A DNA stretch of 63,312 bases from an uncultured bacterium. GTDB taxonomy: Bacteria; UBA8248; JACPRG01; G963555815. Of this stretch, positions 9,842 to 20,282 are shown piece after piece. The DNA is taken from assembly GCA_964423875.1 (NCBI GenBank), contig CAYRGS010000001.1, positions 2,704 to 66,015 on the forward strand, read 5' to 3'. Below the pieces are notes generated by a model, which was given only the letters and a program-made list of their open reading frames with translations, searched no databases and was not told where the DNA came from. How positions within the stretch are numbered: the first letter of the stretch is position 1; each line of letters opens with the position of its first letter. A program made the translations under genes and the position numbers.

Positions 9842-11172
9842 CCGCTTCGGTCACCATCGTCGGAGGGGGCTTCGCCGGAGTGGAGGCCGCCTGGCAGGTG
9901 GCGGAGCGGGGGGTCGCCGTCACCCTGTACGAGATGCGCCCGGTCCGGAACACCCCGGCCCACAAGACCCCCGACCTCGCCGAGCTCGTTTGCAGCAACT
10001 CCCTCAAAGCCGACTCCCTCGCCACCGCTTCGGGTCTGTTGAAGGCCGAGCTCCGCGCCTTCGACTCGCTGATCCTTCAGGCGGCCGATGCGACGCGGGT
10101 CCCCGCGGGCCAGGCATTGGCGGTCAACCGGGAGGAATTCGCCCGCGAAGTGACCCGGCGCATCGATGGGCATCCCCGCATCTCCGTCTTGCGGGAGGAG
10201 GTCCGGACCATTCCGCCCGGAGACCCCGTCATTCTCGCGACGGGCCCCCTCACGTCGCCGGACCTGGCCGAGGCGCTGGGCCAGATCGCCCGCCGCGAAC
10301 ACCTCTACTTCTACGACGCTGTCTCGCCCATCGTGGATGGAGAATCCATCGATTATGACGTGGCTTTTTCCGCCTCCCGGTATGGAAAGGGCGGGGACGA
10401 CGGCTATCTGAACATCGGCCTCTCCCGAGAGGCGTACCGCACGTTTCACCGAAACCTCTTGGACGCTGAGAAGGTTCCCCTCCACGCCTTTGAGGCCAAA
10501 AGGTATTTCGAGGGCTGCCTGCCCATCGAGGTGCTGGCGGAGCGCGGCGAGGAGACCCTGGCGTACGGCCCGATGAGGCCCGTCGGCCTGATCGACCCGA
10601 AGCGCGAGGGCGCTTACCACGCCGTTGTGCAGCTCCGGCGGGAAAACACGGCCGGCTCGGCCTACAACCTGGTCGGATTTCAGACCAAGATGACCTATCC
10701 TGAGCAGCGGCGGGTGTTCCGCTCGCTTCCAGGAATGGGGGATGCCGTCTTCTTTCGGTACGGGAGCATCCATCGCAACACGTTCCTGAACGCCCCGGCG
10801 CTCCTGCTCCCAAGCCTTCAGATGCGCGACGCGCCCCGGTTGTTTGTCGCCGGCCAGATCACAGGCGTCGAGGGATACCTCGAGTCGGCCGCCATGGGCC
10901 TGTTGGCCGGTCTGAACGCCGTGGCCCGGGTTCGGGCCGATCGCCTCCCCCCTCCCCCGCCCCTTCCTCCCCCCCCGACCGCCACCGCCCTGGGGGCGCT
11001 GGTCGCCTACATCACCGGAGCGGACGAAAAGAATTTTCAGCCCGTGAACATTCATTACGGTCTTCTGCCCCCTGTCCCCAAGCAAGGGTCCAGAGAGGAC
11101 CGCAGGCGGCGAATCGCCGACCGGGCGTTGAAGGAGCTGAATGGATGGCGGAAATGCCTGCTCTTCGACTGA
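9838..11172 (+). CDS. trmFO: Methylenetetrahydrofolate--tRNA-(uracil54-C5)-methyltransferase TrmFO
   Basis: GTG at 9838 overlaps the topA stop (GTGA). N-terminal FAD fold (VTIVGGGFAGVEAAWQ) and Gid/TrmFO-like sequence throughout. The track start at 9433 lies inside topA. Confidence 0.9.
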   Translation: MTASVTIVGGGFAGVEAAWQVAERGVAVTLYEMRPVRNTPAHKTPDLAELVCSNSLKADSLATASGLLKAELRAFDSLILQAADATRVPAGQALAVNREEFAREVTRRIDGHPRISVLREEVRTIPPGDPVILATGPLTSPDLAEALGQIARREHLYFYDAVSPIVDGESIDYDVAFSASRYGKGGDDGYLNIGLSREAYRTFHRNLLDAEKVPLHAFEAKRYFEGCLPIEVLAERGEETLAYGPMRPVGLIDPKREGAYHAVVQLRRENTAGSAYNLVGFQTKMTYPEQRRVFRSLPGMGDAVFFRYGSIHRNTFLNAPALLLPSLQMRDAPRLFVAGQITGVEGYLESAAMGLLAGLNAVARVRADRLPPPPPLPPPPTATALGALVAYITGADEKNFQPVNIHYGLLPPVPKQGSREDRRRRIADRALKELNGWRKCLLFD

Positions 11173-12146
11173 GCGGCGCGATTCGCTCCTTCGAGCGATA
11201 TCTTCGCCTGGAAAGGAACGTCTCCCCCCACACCTTGAGAAATTACCTGCGCGACTTGAAGGACTTCGAGATCTTCCTGCGGGCGGACGCGCGTCCCGAT
11301 CCCGCGCTCGCCGAGATCGACCGCTTGGACATCCGGAGCTACCTGGCGCATCTTCACCGGCGCGGAAACCGGCCGTCCACCGTTTCCCGCAAGCTGAGCA
11401 CGCTGCGCGGCTGCTTCCGCCAGGCGCGCCGGGAGGGGTTTCCCGGGCCGGACCCCGTGTCGGGGCTCCCGATGCCCCGGAAGGAGTCCCGTATATCCCG
11501 AACGCTCACGGTGGACGAGACCTTTCGGCTGATGGATTCCCCGGCGCCCCGGTCGTTATCGAATCCGGCCCTCGCGCTCCGCAACCAGGCGATGTGGGAA
11601 ATGTTATACTCGACGGGTGTGCGTGTCAGCGAGCTGGTCGGCGCGAACCTCGGCTCCCTGGATCTCGCGGAGGGGATGCTTCGCGTCCATGGGAAGGGCT
11701 CCAAGGAGCGGCTCGTCCCGGTCGGGCGCAAGGCACGGGCCGCCCTCTCGGATTACCTGAAGGTCCGGCCGTCGCTGGGCGCGCGGGACAAAGGTGCGGA
11801 CGCCCCCCTCTTCGTCAACCGGCGGGGAAGTCGGCTCAGCGGCCAGTGGGTCCGTGACCTGCTGGCGAAGCGCATGCGGGAGCTTGGACTGCCCGGAAAG
11901 GCGTCTCCGCATACCCTCCGCCACTCCATGGCGACCCATCTGCTGGAGGCTGGCGCGAACCTGCGGGACATTCAAGAGATGCTGGGGCACAGCTCCCTTT
12001 CGACGACGCAGAAATACACCCACGTGGCGGTGGACCGGCTTTTCGAGGTGTACGATAAATCCCACCCGCGGGCGCTGAAGGACCGGGGCCAAAGGCGCGG
12101 GCCTCCGGCGCGGCCGCCCCCACCGGAGGATGAGGACGAGACATGA
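11145..12146 (+). CDS. xerC: Tyrosine recombinase XerC/XerD family
   Basis: Core-binding domain ([23 protein letters not shown]). Catalytic region with [13 protein letters not shown] and [15 protein letters not shown] (R..HxxR..Y). The xerC-hslVU arrangement is common. Confidence 0.88.
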   Translation: MAEMPALRLSGAIRSFERYLRLERNVSPHTLRNYLRDLKDFEIFLRADARPDPALAEIDRLDIRSYLAHLHRRGNRPSTVSRKLSTLRGCFRQARREGFPGPDPVSGLPMPRKESRISRTLTVDETFRLMDSPAPRSLSNPALALRNQAMWEMLYSTGVRVSELVGANLGSLDLAEGMLRVHGKGSKERLVPVGRKARAALSDYLKVRPSLGARDKGADAPLFVNRRGSRLSGQWVRDLLAKRMRELGLPGKASPHTLRHSMATHLLEAGANLRDIQEMLGHSSLSTTQKYTHVAVDRLFEVYDKSHPRALKDRGQRRGPPARPPPPEDEDET

Positions 12147-12670
12147 TCCGCTCGACGACCATTCTCTCCATTCGCCGGGACGACCGGGTCGCCATGGCGG
12201 GCGACGGCCAGGTCACCGTGGGGCAGCAGGTCATGAAGAATCAGGCGTCGAAGATTCGCAGGCTCTACAAGGACCAGGTCCTCGCGGGGTTTGCCGGGGC
12301 GGCGGCGGACGCCCTCGCCCTGTTCGAGAAGTTCGAGGGCCGGCTGGACGAGTATCACGGTAACCTGCCCCGGGCCGCTGTCGAGCTGGCCAAAGACTGG
12401 CGGACCGACCGCGTGCTCCGGCGGCTGGAGGCCCTCCTGGCCGTCGCGGACCGGGACAACACCTTCCTCATCTCCGGGACCGGCGATCTGATCGAGCCGG
12501 ACGACGGCATCGTGGCCATCGGATCCGGAGGGGCCTATGCCCTGGCCGCGGCCCGGGCCTTGCGCAAGCACACCGACCTCGGGGCGGAGGCCATCGCCCG
12601 GGAGGCCATGCTGGAGGCGGCGGCGATCTGCGTTTACACCAACACGGAAATCCGCATCGAGACCCTGTGA
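12143..12670 (+). CDS. hslV: ATP-dependent protease subunit HslV
   Basis: 175 aa. The N-terminal [10 protein letters not shown] has the catalytic Thr near the N-terminus. It is followed by hslU. Confidence 0.95.
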   Translation: MIRSTTILSIRRDDRVAMAGDGQVTVGQQVMKNQASKIRRLYKDQVLAGFAGAAADALALFEKFEGRLDEYHGNLPRAAVELAKDWRTDRVLRRLEALLAVADRDNTFLISGTGDLIEPDDGIVAIGSGGAYALAAARALRKHTDLGAEAIAREAMLEAAAICVYTNTEIRIETL

Positions 12671-12671
12671 G

Positions 12672-14102
12672 ATGGAAGACCTGACCCCCCGGCAGATCGT
12701 CGAAGAGCTGGACCGGTACATCATCGGCCAGAAAGATGCCAAGCGCGCCGTGGCCGTCGCTCTGCGGAACCGCTGGCGCCGGCGCCAGCTCGGCCCTGAG
12801 CTCCGCGAAGAAGTCTCGCCGAAGAACATCATCATGATCGGACCCACCGGCGTGGGCAAGACGGAGATCGCCCGGCGCCTGGCCCGAATGGCCAAGAGCC
12901 CCTTTATCAAGGTCGAGGCCACCAAGTACACGGAGGTCGGGTACGTGGGCCGGGACGTGGAGAGCATGATCCGCGACCTGGTCGCCAACGCGATGAGCGC
13001 CGTGGAGGCGGAGCACCGCAAAGACGTCGAGACCCGGGCGAAGGACCTGGCGCTGGAGCGGCTTTTGGACGCCTTGCTCCCCAACGGCGAGCGGGAAATC
13101 CTTGAGGCGGCCCGGTGGGAGAAGAGCGAACGGCTTGCCGGCGAAGGAAACGGGGGGCAGCGGTTCGACTACATCGGTCCCGCGACCCCCCCGCGGGACC
13201 CGTCACCCCCCGTCTCCAGCGGCCGGAACACGCGTGAAAAGCTCCGGGAGCTGCTGTTCGCGGGCAGGCTGGACGACCGGGAGATCGAGATCGAGACGAC
13301 CCTTCAGGTCTCCCCGGTCATCGGTGTCATGCCGGGCGCGGGTCTCGAGGACCTGGACATTAACCTCAAAGAGATGATCGGCAATTTCCTCCCGGAGAAG
13401 AAGAAGGTCCAGAAGGTCAAGGTGCCCGAGGCCCTGAAGCTCTTCGTAGAGGAGGAGACCGCGAAGCTGGTCGACAAGGACAAGGTCGTCCTGGAGGCCG
13501 TCGAGCGGGTCGAGGAATCGGGCATTGTGTTCGTCGACGAGCTGGACAAGGTGGCGAGCCGCGGGCAGGCCCACGGGGCCGACGTTTCCCGGGAGGGGGT
13601 CCAGCGCGACATCCTGCCCATCGTGGAAGGCTCCACCGTCCCCACGAAGTACGGGCCCGTCCGGACCGACCACATCCTGTTCATCGCGGCCGGGGCCTTT
13701 CACATGTCCAAGCCCTCGGACCTGATCCCGGAGCTTCAGGGGCGCTTCCCCATCCGGGTCGAGCTCGAGGCCCTGGGCGAGGACGAGTTCGTCCGCATCC
13801 TCACCGAGCCGGAGAACGCCCTCATCCGGCAGTACATCGAGCTTTTGGCGACCGAGGGGATCACCCTCGATTTCACGCCCGAGGCCATCCAGGAAGTGGC
13901 CCGCTTGGCGGCCCAGGTGAACGGCCGGACCGAGAACATTGGCGCCCGCCGCCTGCACACCATCATGGAGCGCCTCCTGGAAGAGATCTCCTTCGAAGCG
14001 CCCGACCTGCAAGACAAGGAGGTCGCCATCGACGCCGCCTACGTCCGGGAGCGCCTTGCGGACGTTGTCCAGGATGAGGACTATAGCCGGTACATCCTGT
14101 GA
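12672..14102 (+). CDS. hslU: ATP-dependent protease ATPase subunit HslU
   Basis: ATG 12672 ([37 protein letters not shown]), Walker A ([15 protein letters not shown]), Walker B ([10 protein letters not shown]). The track start at 12537 lies inside hslV. Confidence 0.96.
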   Translation: MEDLTPRQIVEELDRYIIGQKDAKRAVAVALRNRWRRRQLGPELREEVSPKNIIMIGPTGVGKTEIARRLARMAKSPFIKVEATKYTEVGYVGRDVESMIRDLVANAMSAVEAEHRKDVETRAKDLALERLLDALLPNGEREILEAARWEKSERLAGEGNGGQRFDYIGPATPPRDPSPPVSSGRNTREKLRELLFAGRLDDREIEIETTLQVSPVIGVMPGAGLEDLDINLKEMIGNFLPEKKKVQKVKVPEALKLFVEEETAKLVDKDKVVLEAVERVEESGIVFVDELDKVASRGQAHGADVSREGVQRDILPIVEGSTVPTKYGPVRTDHILFIAAGAFHMSKPSDLIPELQGRFPIRVELEALGEDEFVRILTEPENALIRQYIELLATEGITLDFTPEAIQEVARLAAQVNGRTENIGARRLHTIMERLLEEISFEAPDLQDKEVAIDAAYVRERLADVVQDEDYSRYIL

Positions 14103-14142
14103 CCCGCCGGGGCCGGTTCGACGACCCCGACACACGAAATCC

Positions 14143-14805
14143 ATGACCGACCCACGAAACCGGGGCGTTGTTTTCGACCTGTGGAACACCCTGGCGTATG
14201 CCGCCGTTTCCCCCAACCCGGTCGTCTGGATGGCGGAGCGGCTGGGCATCTCGGGCCGGCCGGACTGGGGGGACCTCATCGAGCGGGCCTACATGACCGA
14301 GCAGGTCCCGGGGATCGAGGAGGCCCTCCGGCGCGTGGAGGAGGCCGCGGGCCTCCCCCCGACGAGCCCCGCGCCGTTTGTAGAGGTCTTCCGGCGCGCC
14401 GATCGCTCCACCCGGCTGTTCGACGACGTCCTGCCGACCTTGAGAGAATTGCGCCTCCGTTTCCGCCTCGCCCTTTTGACCAACACCCAATCCTTCGGCC
14501 TGGATTTCATTCGCGAGACGGGTCTCGCCGGACTTTTCGACGTGACGTGCTACTCGTTCGAATGCGGCTATCTCAAGCCGGACCCGAGGATCTTCCAGTG
14601 GACGTCCGATCGCCTGGGCCTGCCGCCGGAGCGTTTGACGATGGTGGGTGACAATCTGGAAAATGACATTCTGGCCGCCGAAGCGGCCGGATGGCGGGGG
14701 ATTCTTATCAAGCGCGCCGAGGGGGCGCTATCCCATTCCGAGACCGGCGAGCACCCCATGACCGTCCGCCTGCTTTCTGAAATCGTTCCGCTTCTGGACG
14801 ACTGA
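14143..14805 (+). CDS. HAD-superfamily hydrolase, subfamily IA-like
   Basis: ATG 14143. Motif I variant VVFDLWNTL, motif III/IV region (KPDPRIF...MVGDNLENDI). Substrate unknown. Confidence 0.75.
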   Translation: MTDPRNRGVVFDLWNTLAYAAVSPNPVVWMAERLGISGRPDWGDLIERAYMTEQVPGIEEALRRVEEAAGLPPTSPAPFVEVFRRADRSTRLFDDVLPTLRELRLRFRLALLTNTQSFGLDFIRETGLAGLFDVTCYSFECGYLKPDPRIFQWTSDRLGLPPERLTMVGDNLENDILAAEAAGWRGILIKRAEGALSHSETGEHPMTVRLLSEIVPLLDD

Positions 14806-14853
14806 AGGCGTCTCTCCACACATCCTCTGTCGGGATTCTTCCTTCATATTCAG

Positions 14854-14882
14854 TTGAAACCCCGCCGGGACGAGTCCATAAT
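14854..14882 (+). promoter_or_regulatory. Candidate sigma70-type promoter of the arg operon
   Basis: TTGAAA (14854-14859), exact 17-nt spacer, CATAAT (14877-14882). It lies ~40 nt upstream of the ATG at 14926. This argues against the earlier in-frame starts at 14854 and 14881. Confidence 0.5.
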
Positions 14883-14925
14883 GATAAATTCGATCCGGTC
14901 ATTCCCAGCGAGAGCGATCCGCGCG

Positions 14926-15816
14926 ATGAACCTGACACCCGGCGATAAGACGAACGTCCTCGTCCAGGCCCTGCCTTACATTCGCCGCTTCCACGGCAAG
15001 ACTGTCGTCGTGAAATACGGCGGGGCCGCCATGGACCAGGCTGATCTGCGCGAATCCTTCGCCGAGGACGTGACCCTCCTGAGCTACATCGGCATCCGGA
15101 CGGTCATCGTCCACGGCGGCGGCCCCCAAATCGGCGAGGTGCTGGAACGCCAGGGCAAAGAGACCCGGTTCGTCATGGGCCTCCGTGTCACCGACGAGGA
15201 GACGATGGATATTGTCTCCATGGTCCTGGGCGGCAAGGTGAACAAGGAGATCGTCGGCTGGATCAACGCACACGGCGGGCGCGCCGTTGGGCTCTCCGGT
15301 GTGGACGGGGGCACCCTTCAGACCCGCAAGCTCCAGATCGACCCCCCCGATGGCTGGGAGGGCGCGCCGCCGGATTTGGGCATGGTGGGAGAGATTCGGG
15401 AAGTTCGGACCGGCCTGTTGGAGCTTTTGACCGAAAGCGGATTCATCCCCGTCGTCGCACCGATGGGCGTCGGCGAAGACGGTGCGCTATACAACATCAA
15501 CGCGGATACGGCCGCCGGACACATCGCGGGCGCCCTGCGGGCCGAGAAGATCGTGGTGCTGACCGACGTTGCGGGAATCCAGGACGATGACGGCGGTCTC
15601 CTGACCTCTTTGGACAAAAACACGGTTCTGTCCCTTCAGAGCCGGGGCGTGATCGCCGGCGGAATGTTGCCCAAGGCGGACGCCTGTCTGCGGGCCCTGG
15701 AGGCCGGGGTCGCGAAGGCCCACATCATCGACGGCCGGGTCCCCCACTCGATCCTCCTGGAGGTTTTCACCGACCAGGGGATCGGGACGGAGATCGTCCT
15801 GGACCGGCGGGAGTAA
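14926..15816 (+). CDS. argB: Acetylglutamate kinase
   Basis: MNLTPGDKTNVLVQALPYIRRFHGKTVVVKYGGAAM is the typical NAGK N-terminus; amino-acid kinase fold throughout. The start was chosen downstream of the promoter-like element; the track ORF opens at 14854. Confidence 0.9.
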   Translation: MNLTPGDKTNVLVQALPYIRRFHGKTVVVKYGGAAMDQADLRESFAEDVTLLSYIGIRTVIVHGGGPQIGEVLERQGKETRFVMGLRVTDEETMDIVSMVLGGKVNKEIVGWINAHGGRAVGLSGVDGGTLQTRKLQIDPPDGWEGAPPDLGMVGEIREVRTGLLELLTESGFIPVVAPMGVGEDGALYNINADTAAGHIAGALRAEKIVVLTDVAGIQDDDGGLLTSLDKNTVLSLQSRGVIAGGMLPKADACLRALEAGVAKAHIIDGRVPHSILLEVFTDQGIGTEIVLDRRE

Positions 15817-15871
15817 GAAGCGCCAATGCCTGTCTCGGGCGTTTGCCTTCGGACAGAGGGGAAGGGTCGAC

Positions 15872-17064
15872 ATGCCAACCGAAGATTACATCCGCGAAGC
15901 GGAAAAATACGTCGCCAAGACCTACGGCCGGTACGCCATGGTCCCCGTCCGGGGAAAGGACACCCGCCTCTGGGACGCAGACGGCAAGGAGTACACCGAC
16001 TTCGTCGCGGGCTTGGCGGTCATCAACCTGGGACACTGCCACCCCAAGGTGGTCGAGGCCATCCGCGAGCAGGCGGGGACGCTGATCCACACCTCGAACC
16101 TCTTTCACATCCCGCCCCAGATCGAGCTGGCGAAGCGGCTGGTGGAATCCTCTTTCGGCGACAAGGTCTTCTTCTGCAACAGCGGCGCCGAGGCCAACGA
16201 GGCGGCCATCAAGCTGGCCCGCAAGTACAGCTTCGACAAGTACGACGAGGGCCGGGGTGACATCCTCACGATGCTGGACTCTTTTCACGGCCGGACGCTG
16301 GCGACCATCGCCGCCACGGGACAGGAGAAATTCCGCAAGGGTTTTTATCCGCCCTCTCCCGGATTCGTCCACGTCCCCTTCGACGATCTGGAGGCCGCCG
16401 AGGCCGCCGTGACCGACGCGACGTGCGCCGTCCTGGTGGAGCCGATCCAGGGGGAAGGGGGGGTCAACGTCCCGGGCGAGGGTTACCTGGCCGGCCTGCG
16501 CCGGCTGTGCGACGAGCGGGACCTGGTCCTCATCTTCGACGAGGTTCAGACGGGGATGGGCCGGACGGGAACGCTGTTCGCCTATGAGCAGGAAGGGGTC
16601 GAGCCGGACGCCATGACCCTCGCCAAATCCCTGGCAGGCGGGACGGCCATCGGGGCCCTGGTGGCTCGGGAACCTTTCATCTCCGCCCTGGGCCCCGGCA
16701 CGCACGCCAGCACGTTCGGGGGAAATTTTCTGGCGACGGCGGCGGGCGTAGCGGCCATGGATGTTCTGGCGGAAGGGGGGCTTCTGGAGAACTGCCGGGA
16801 GATGGGCGCCTATCTTGTCTCCGGCCTGGAGACCCTCCGGGAAGGCCATTCCTGCATCCGGGAGATCCGGGGCTCGTCGGCGTCGAGCTCGACCACGACG
16901 GCCCGGAATACGTCCTTCAGGCCATGGAGCGGGGGTTCCTGATCAACTGCACGATGGGCAACGTCCTCCGGTTCCTGCCGCCCTTGACGATCACCCAGGC
17001 CGACATCGACCGCCTCCTGGTCCTCCTGGACGAGATCCTCCCGGGGAAACCGGAGGCAGAATAG
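15872..17064 (+). CDS. argD: Acetylornithine aminotransferase, reading frame broken by an apparent 1-nt deletion near 16869-16873
   Basis: Class-III aminotransferase sequence (PLP Lys region TLAKSLAGG) runs in frame to ...IREIRG, then degenerates (SSASSSTTTARN). The conserved C-terminus LVGVELDHDGPEYVLQAMERGFLINCTMGNVLRFLPPLTITQADIDRLL continues in the next frame from 16873 to TAG at 17062-17064. One extra G in the GGGG run would restore a ~397-aa protein. Confidence 0.85.
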
Positions 17065-17067
17065 GGA

Positions 17068-18033
17068 ATGTCGCCCGTGAAGCACCTGGTGAGCCTGGAC
17101 GACATCAGCGCGGAGGAGGTCCACGCCCTCTTCGAGCGGGTCGATGAGCTTTTGGAGGCCCGGAGCTCGGGGAAGACCGTCACCCCGCTTCGGGGCAAGA
17201 CGCTCGCCATGATCTTCCGCAAACCCTCCACCCGGACCCGGATCTCCTTCCACGTGGGCATGAAGGAGCTGGGCGGCGATTCGATCATCCTTCGGGAGGA
17301 TGAGATCCAGATCGGCCGCGGGGAGACCATCGCCGACACCGCCAGGGTCCTCTCACGATACGTGGACGGCGTCATGATCCGCACCTTCGACCCGGCCGAT
17401 GTCGAGGGTCTGGCGAGGTTCGGGAGCATTCCGGTGATCAATGGCCTCACGGATCTGGAACACCCCTGCCAGGTCTTGACCGATCTCTACACCATCCGAC
17501 AGAGATTCCCCGGGGGCCGGGGCCCCGAATGGACGGATTGCGGGATCGCCTATGTGGGGGACGGCAACAACGTGGCCAACTCCTGGCTTCTCGCGGCGGG
17601 AAAGCTGGGTCTGCGCTTCTCCCTGGCCGCGCCGCGGGCTCACCCGGCGAATCCGGACATCATCCGGCGCGCCCGGGACCTGGCGTCCGCCAGCGGCGCG
17701 AAGATCAAGATCGGCAACAACCCCGAAGAGGCTGTCCGGGAGGCCCATGTGATTTACACCGACACCTGGTTCAGCATGGGGGCCGAGAAGGAGCGCGCGG
17801 ACCGGCTGTCGAGGTTCGAGGGCTTCCAGGTCAACGCCGGGCTCCTCGCCCTTGCCGATCCCGAGGCCATCGTCATGCATTGCCTCCCCGCCCACCGGGG
17901 CGAGGAGATCACCGACGAGGTTATGGACGGGCCGCAAAGCGTCGTCTTCGATCAGGCGGAAAACCGGCTTCACGTCCAGAAGGGGATTCTCGTCGAGGTG
18001 ATGGCCAACGATCCGGAAGAGGGAATGCATTGA
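17068..18033 (+). CDS. argF: Ornithine carbamoyltransferase
   Basis: Carbamoyl-phosphate motif [12 protein letters not shown], plus DLEHPCQ and the ornithine-binding [10 protein letters not shown]. Confidence 0.95.
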   Translation: MSPVKHLVSLDDISAEEVHALFERVDELLEARSSGKTVTPLRGKTLAMIFRKPSTRTRISFHVGMKELGGDSIILREDEIQIGRGETIADTARVLSRYVDGVMIRTFDPADVEGLARFGSIPVINGLTDLEHPCQVLTDLYTIRQRFPGGRGPEWTDCGIAYVGDGNNVANSWLLAAGKLGLRFSLAAPRAHPANPDIIRRARDLASASGAKIKIGNNPEEAVREAHVIYTDTWFSMGAEKERADRLSRFEGFQVNAGLLALADPEAIVMHCLPAHRGEEITDEVMDGPQSVVFDQAENRLHVQKGILVEVMANDPEEGMH

Positions 18034-19250
18034 GCCAAGACGTGAGCAAAATTGTCCTGGCCTACTCGGGCGGGCTCGACACTTCGGTCATCATCCAGTG
18101 GCTCCGGGAGACCTACGGATGCCCGGTCGTCGCCTTCGTCGCGGATGTCGGCCAGGGGGAGGATCTGGAGGCCGTCCGCGAAAAGGCCCTAAAGACCGGG
18201 GCGGAGGAATGTTTCGTGGAGGACCTCCGCGAGGAGTTCGTCCGGGACTACGTTTTCCCCATCATCCGCGCGGGGGCCGTCTACGAGGGGGGATACCTGC
18301 TGGGGACATCCATCGCCCGGCCCCTCATCGCCAAGGCCCAGATGGACCTCGCCCGCCGCGTCGGAGCCCACGCCGTCGCGCACGGGGCCACCGGCAAGGG
18401 CAACGACCAGGTCCGCTTCGAGCTGACCTACCTGGCCGTCGATCCGAAGATCCAGATCATCGCCCCCTGGCGGGAATGGGACTTCAAGGGCCGGGAGGAC
18501 CTGGTCGCCTACGCGAAGTCCCACGGCATCCCGGTCCCCGTCACGAAGGAAAGGCCCTACAGCACGGACCGCAATCTCCTCCACCTCAGCTTCGAGGGCG
18601 GCATCCTGGAGGATCCCTGGTCCGAGGCCCCGGAGGACATGTATGTCCTGACGGTCTCGCCCGAGAAGGCCCCCGACAGGCCCGAGTACGTCGAGATCGA
18701 GTTCGAGCGGGGCGACCCGGTGGCCGTAAACGGCGAGGCGTATACGCCGGCGAGCCTCCTGGCCCGGCTCAACGACCTGGCGGGCGCGCACGGGATCGGC
18801 CGGGTCGATTTGGTGGAGAACCGCTTCGTCGGCATCAAGTCGAGGGGGGTCTACGAGACCCCGGGCGGGACCCTCCTGCACGCCGCGCGCTCAGGCCTGG
18901 AGTCCATCGTCCTGGATCGGGAGGCGCTCCACCTGCGCGACCAGTTCATGCCGAAATACGCCGAGCAGGTCTACTACGGCTTCTGGTTCGCGCCCGAGCG
19001 GGAGATGATCCAGGCGGCGGTGGACAAGGCGGCGGAGACCGTTACGGGGACGGTCCGGATGAAGCTGTTCAAGGGCTCGTGCGCGGTCGTCGGCCGAAAG
19101 GCCCCCCGCTCCCTCTACAGCGGCGACCACGCCACGTTCGAAGCCGATGAGGTCTACGACCAGCGCCACGCGGAGGGTTTCATCCGCCTCAACGCCCTGC
19201 GCCTGATGATGCGCGCGGCGGTTGAGGGTGAAAAACCGCAAGAGGAATAA
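18030..19250 (+). CDS. argG: Argininosuccinate synthase
   Basis: Starts at TTG 18030 or GTG 18042 ([18 protein letters not shown] pyrophosphatase motif). The full-length ArgG-like sequence ends at 19250. The track start at 17529 lies inside argF. Confidence 0.93.
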   Translation: MSQDVSKIVLAYSGGLDTSVIIQWLRETYGCPVVAFVADVGQGEDLEAVREKALKTGAEECFVEDLREEFVRDYVFPIIRAGAVYEGGYLLGTSIARPLIAKAQMDLARRVGAHAVAHGATGKGNDQVRFELTYLAVDPKIQIIAPWREWDFKGREDLVAYAKSHGIPVPVTKERPYSTDRNLLHLSFEGGILEDPWSEAPEDMYVLTVSPEKAPDRPEYVEIEFERGDPVAVNGEAYTPASLLARLNDLAGAHGIGRVDLVENRFVGIKSRGVYETPGGTLLHAARSGLESIVLDREALHLRDQFMPKYAEQVYYGFWFAPEREMIQAAVDKAAETVTGTVRMKLFKGSCAVVGRKAPRSLYSGDHATFEADEVYDQRHAEGFIRLNALRLMMRAAVEGEKPQEE

Positions 19251-19330
19251 ATTCTTGGCGAAGGTTTGAGACGCGACCCGTTTGGGTCTGTCGCCCCACT
19301 CTCCCTCGAAAGCTTTAAATCTTGCGCGGA

Positions 19331-20263
19331 TTACGCGCCTTTTTTCCGCTTCCGAAGGGACGTGGCGGCGGCCTGGGCCGGCGTCCAGGCGAGGATGATG
19401 GGCGCGGCGATGTAGATCGAGGAATACGTCCCGGCGAGGATGCCGACCAGAAGCGCGAAGGTGAACCCGCGGATGACCTCGCCCCCGTAGAAATAAAGCG
19501 CCAGGACAACGAACAACGTCGTTCCCGACGTGAGGATCGTCCGGCTGATCGTCTGGTTGATGCTGATGTTGATCAGCTCCCCGATGGACTCCTTGCGGAG
19601 GCTTTTCAGGTTCTCGCGGATGCGGTCGAACACGACGATGGTGTCGTTCAGCGAGTAGCCGATGATGGTCAGGATCGCCGCGATGACCGGAAGCGTGAAT
19701 TCCAGGTCCAGGACGACGAAGGCCGCGATGGTGATCAGGATGTCGTGCGCCAGGGCGGCGATGGCGGCGACGGCGAACCGGAACTCGAAGCGCCACGAGA
19801 TGTAAATCAGGATCCCGATCATCGCGTAGAGCATGGCCAGCAGGGCCTTCCGCCTGAGGTCCGCGCCCACGGTGGGGCCCACCGTTTCCACGCGCCGCAC
19901 CTCGAAGGCGTCCTTTCCGCCGAACGTCTCGGCCAGGCTCTTCCGGATGAGTCCCGACAGCTCGCTCAACTCCACGCTGGACTTCTCCACGCGGATCAGA
20001 ACCTCCCGCGGATCCCCGAACTCCTGAACCACGGCCTCACCGACCCTCAGCTTTCCCATGGCCTCCCGGACGAGACCGATCGGCTTCGGCGACTCAAACC
20101 GGACCTGGACCATTGTTCCCCCGAGAAAGTCGATCCCGAAGTTCGGTCCGCTGCGGAGGAGGAGCGCCGCGACCCCCACCAGAAGCGCCACGCTCGAAAG
20201 CATGAGTGCGTGCTTGCGCAAACCGATGAAATTGATTCTGGAGTCGGGGTTGAAGAACTGCAC
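19331..20263 (-). CDS. secF: Protein translocase subunit SecF
   Basis: 310 aa. MQFFNPDSRINFIGLRKHALMLS...GIDFLGGT is the typical SecF N-terminus. Six-TM RND-like core, immediately downstream of secD. Confidence 0.94.
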   Translation of the reverse strand: MQFFNPDSRINFIGLRKHALMLSSVALLVGVAALLLRSGPNFGIDFLGGTMVQVRFESPKPIGLVREAMGKLRVGEAVVQEFGDPREVLIRVEKSSVELSELSGLIRKSLAETFGGKDAFEVRRVETVGPTVGADLRRKALLAMLYAMIGILIYISWRFEFRFAVAAIAALAHDILITIAAFVVLDLEFTLPVIAAILTIIGYSLNDTIVVFDRIRENLKSLRKESIGELINISINQTISRTILTSGTTLFVVLALYFYGGEVIRGFTFALLVGILAGTYSSIYIAAPIILAWTPAQAAATSLRKRKKGA

Positions 20264-20282
20264 GGGGGTTTCCTCTATGCTC

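Noticed and set aside
10925-10985. Poly-proline stretch (LPPPPPLPPPPT) in TrmFO as a possible insertion or frameshift artefact
   Set aside because: The reading frame stays open, and conserved TrmFO sequence resumes immediately (ATALGALVAYITGA). It is probably just a lineage-specific loop, notable only for EF-P dependence.
8657-11085. Long - strand ORFs (8657-9802, 9688-11085) opposite topA and trmFO
   Set aside because: They are shadow ORFs for the same reasons as above: the opposite strand is unambiguously coding and no domains are recognisable.
14830-14900. ArgR operator (ARG box) in the AT-rich patches upstream of argB
   Set aside because: Sequences such as TTCATATTCAG and ATGATAAATTCGA only loosely resemble TGAAT-N4-ATTCA and lack the palindromic partner at the right spacing. 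The AT-rich patches are better explained by the TTGAAA-N17-CATAAT promoter.
19251-19330. Bidirectional terminator between convergent argG and secF
   Set aside because: Only a weak, imperfect hairpin (GACCC-gttt-GGGTC) is present, without a convincing U-tract on either strand.
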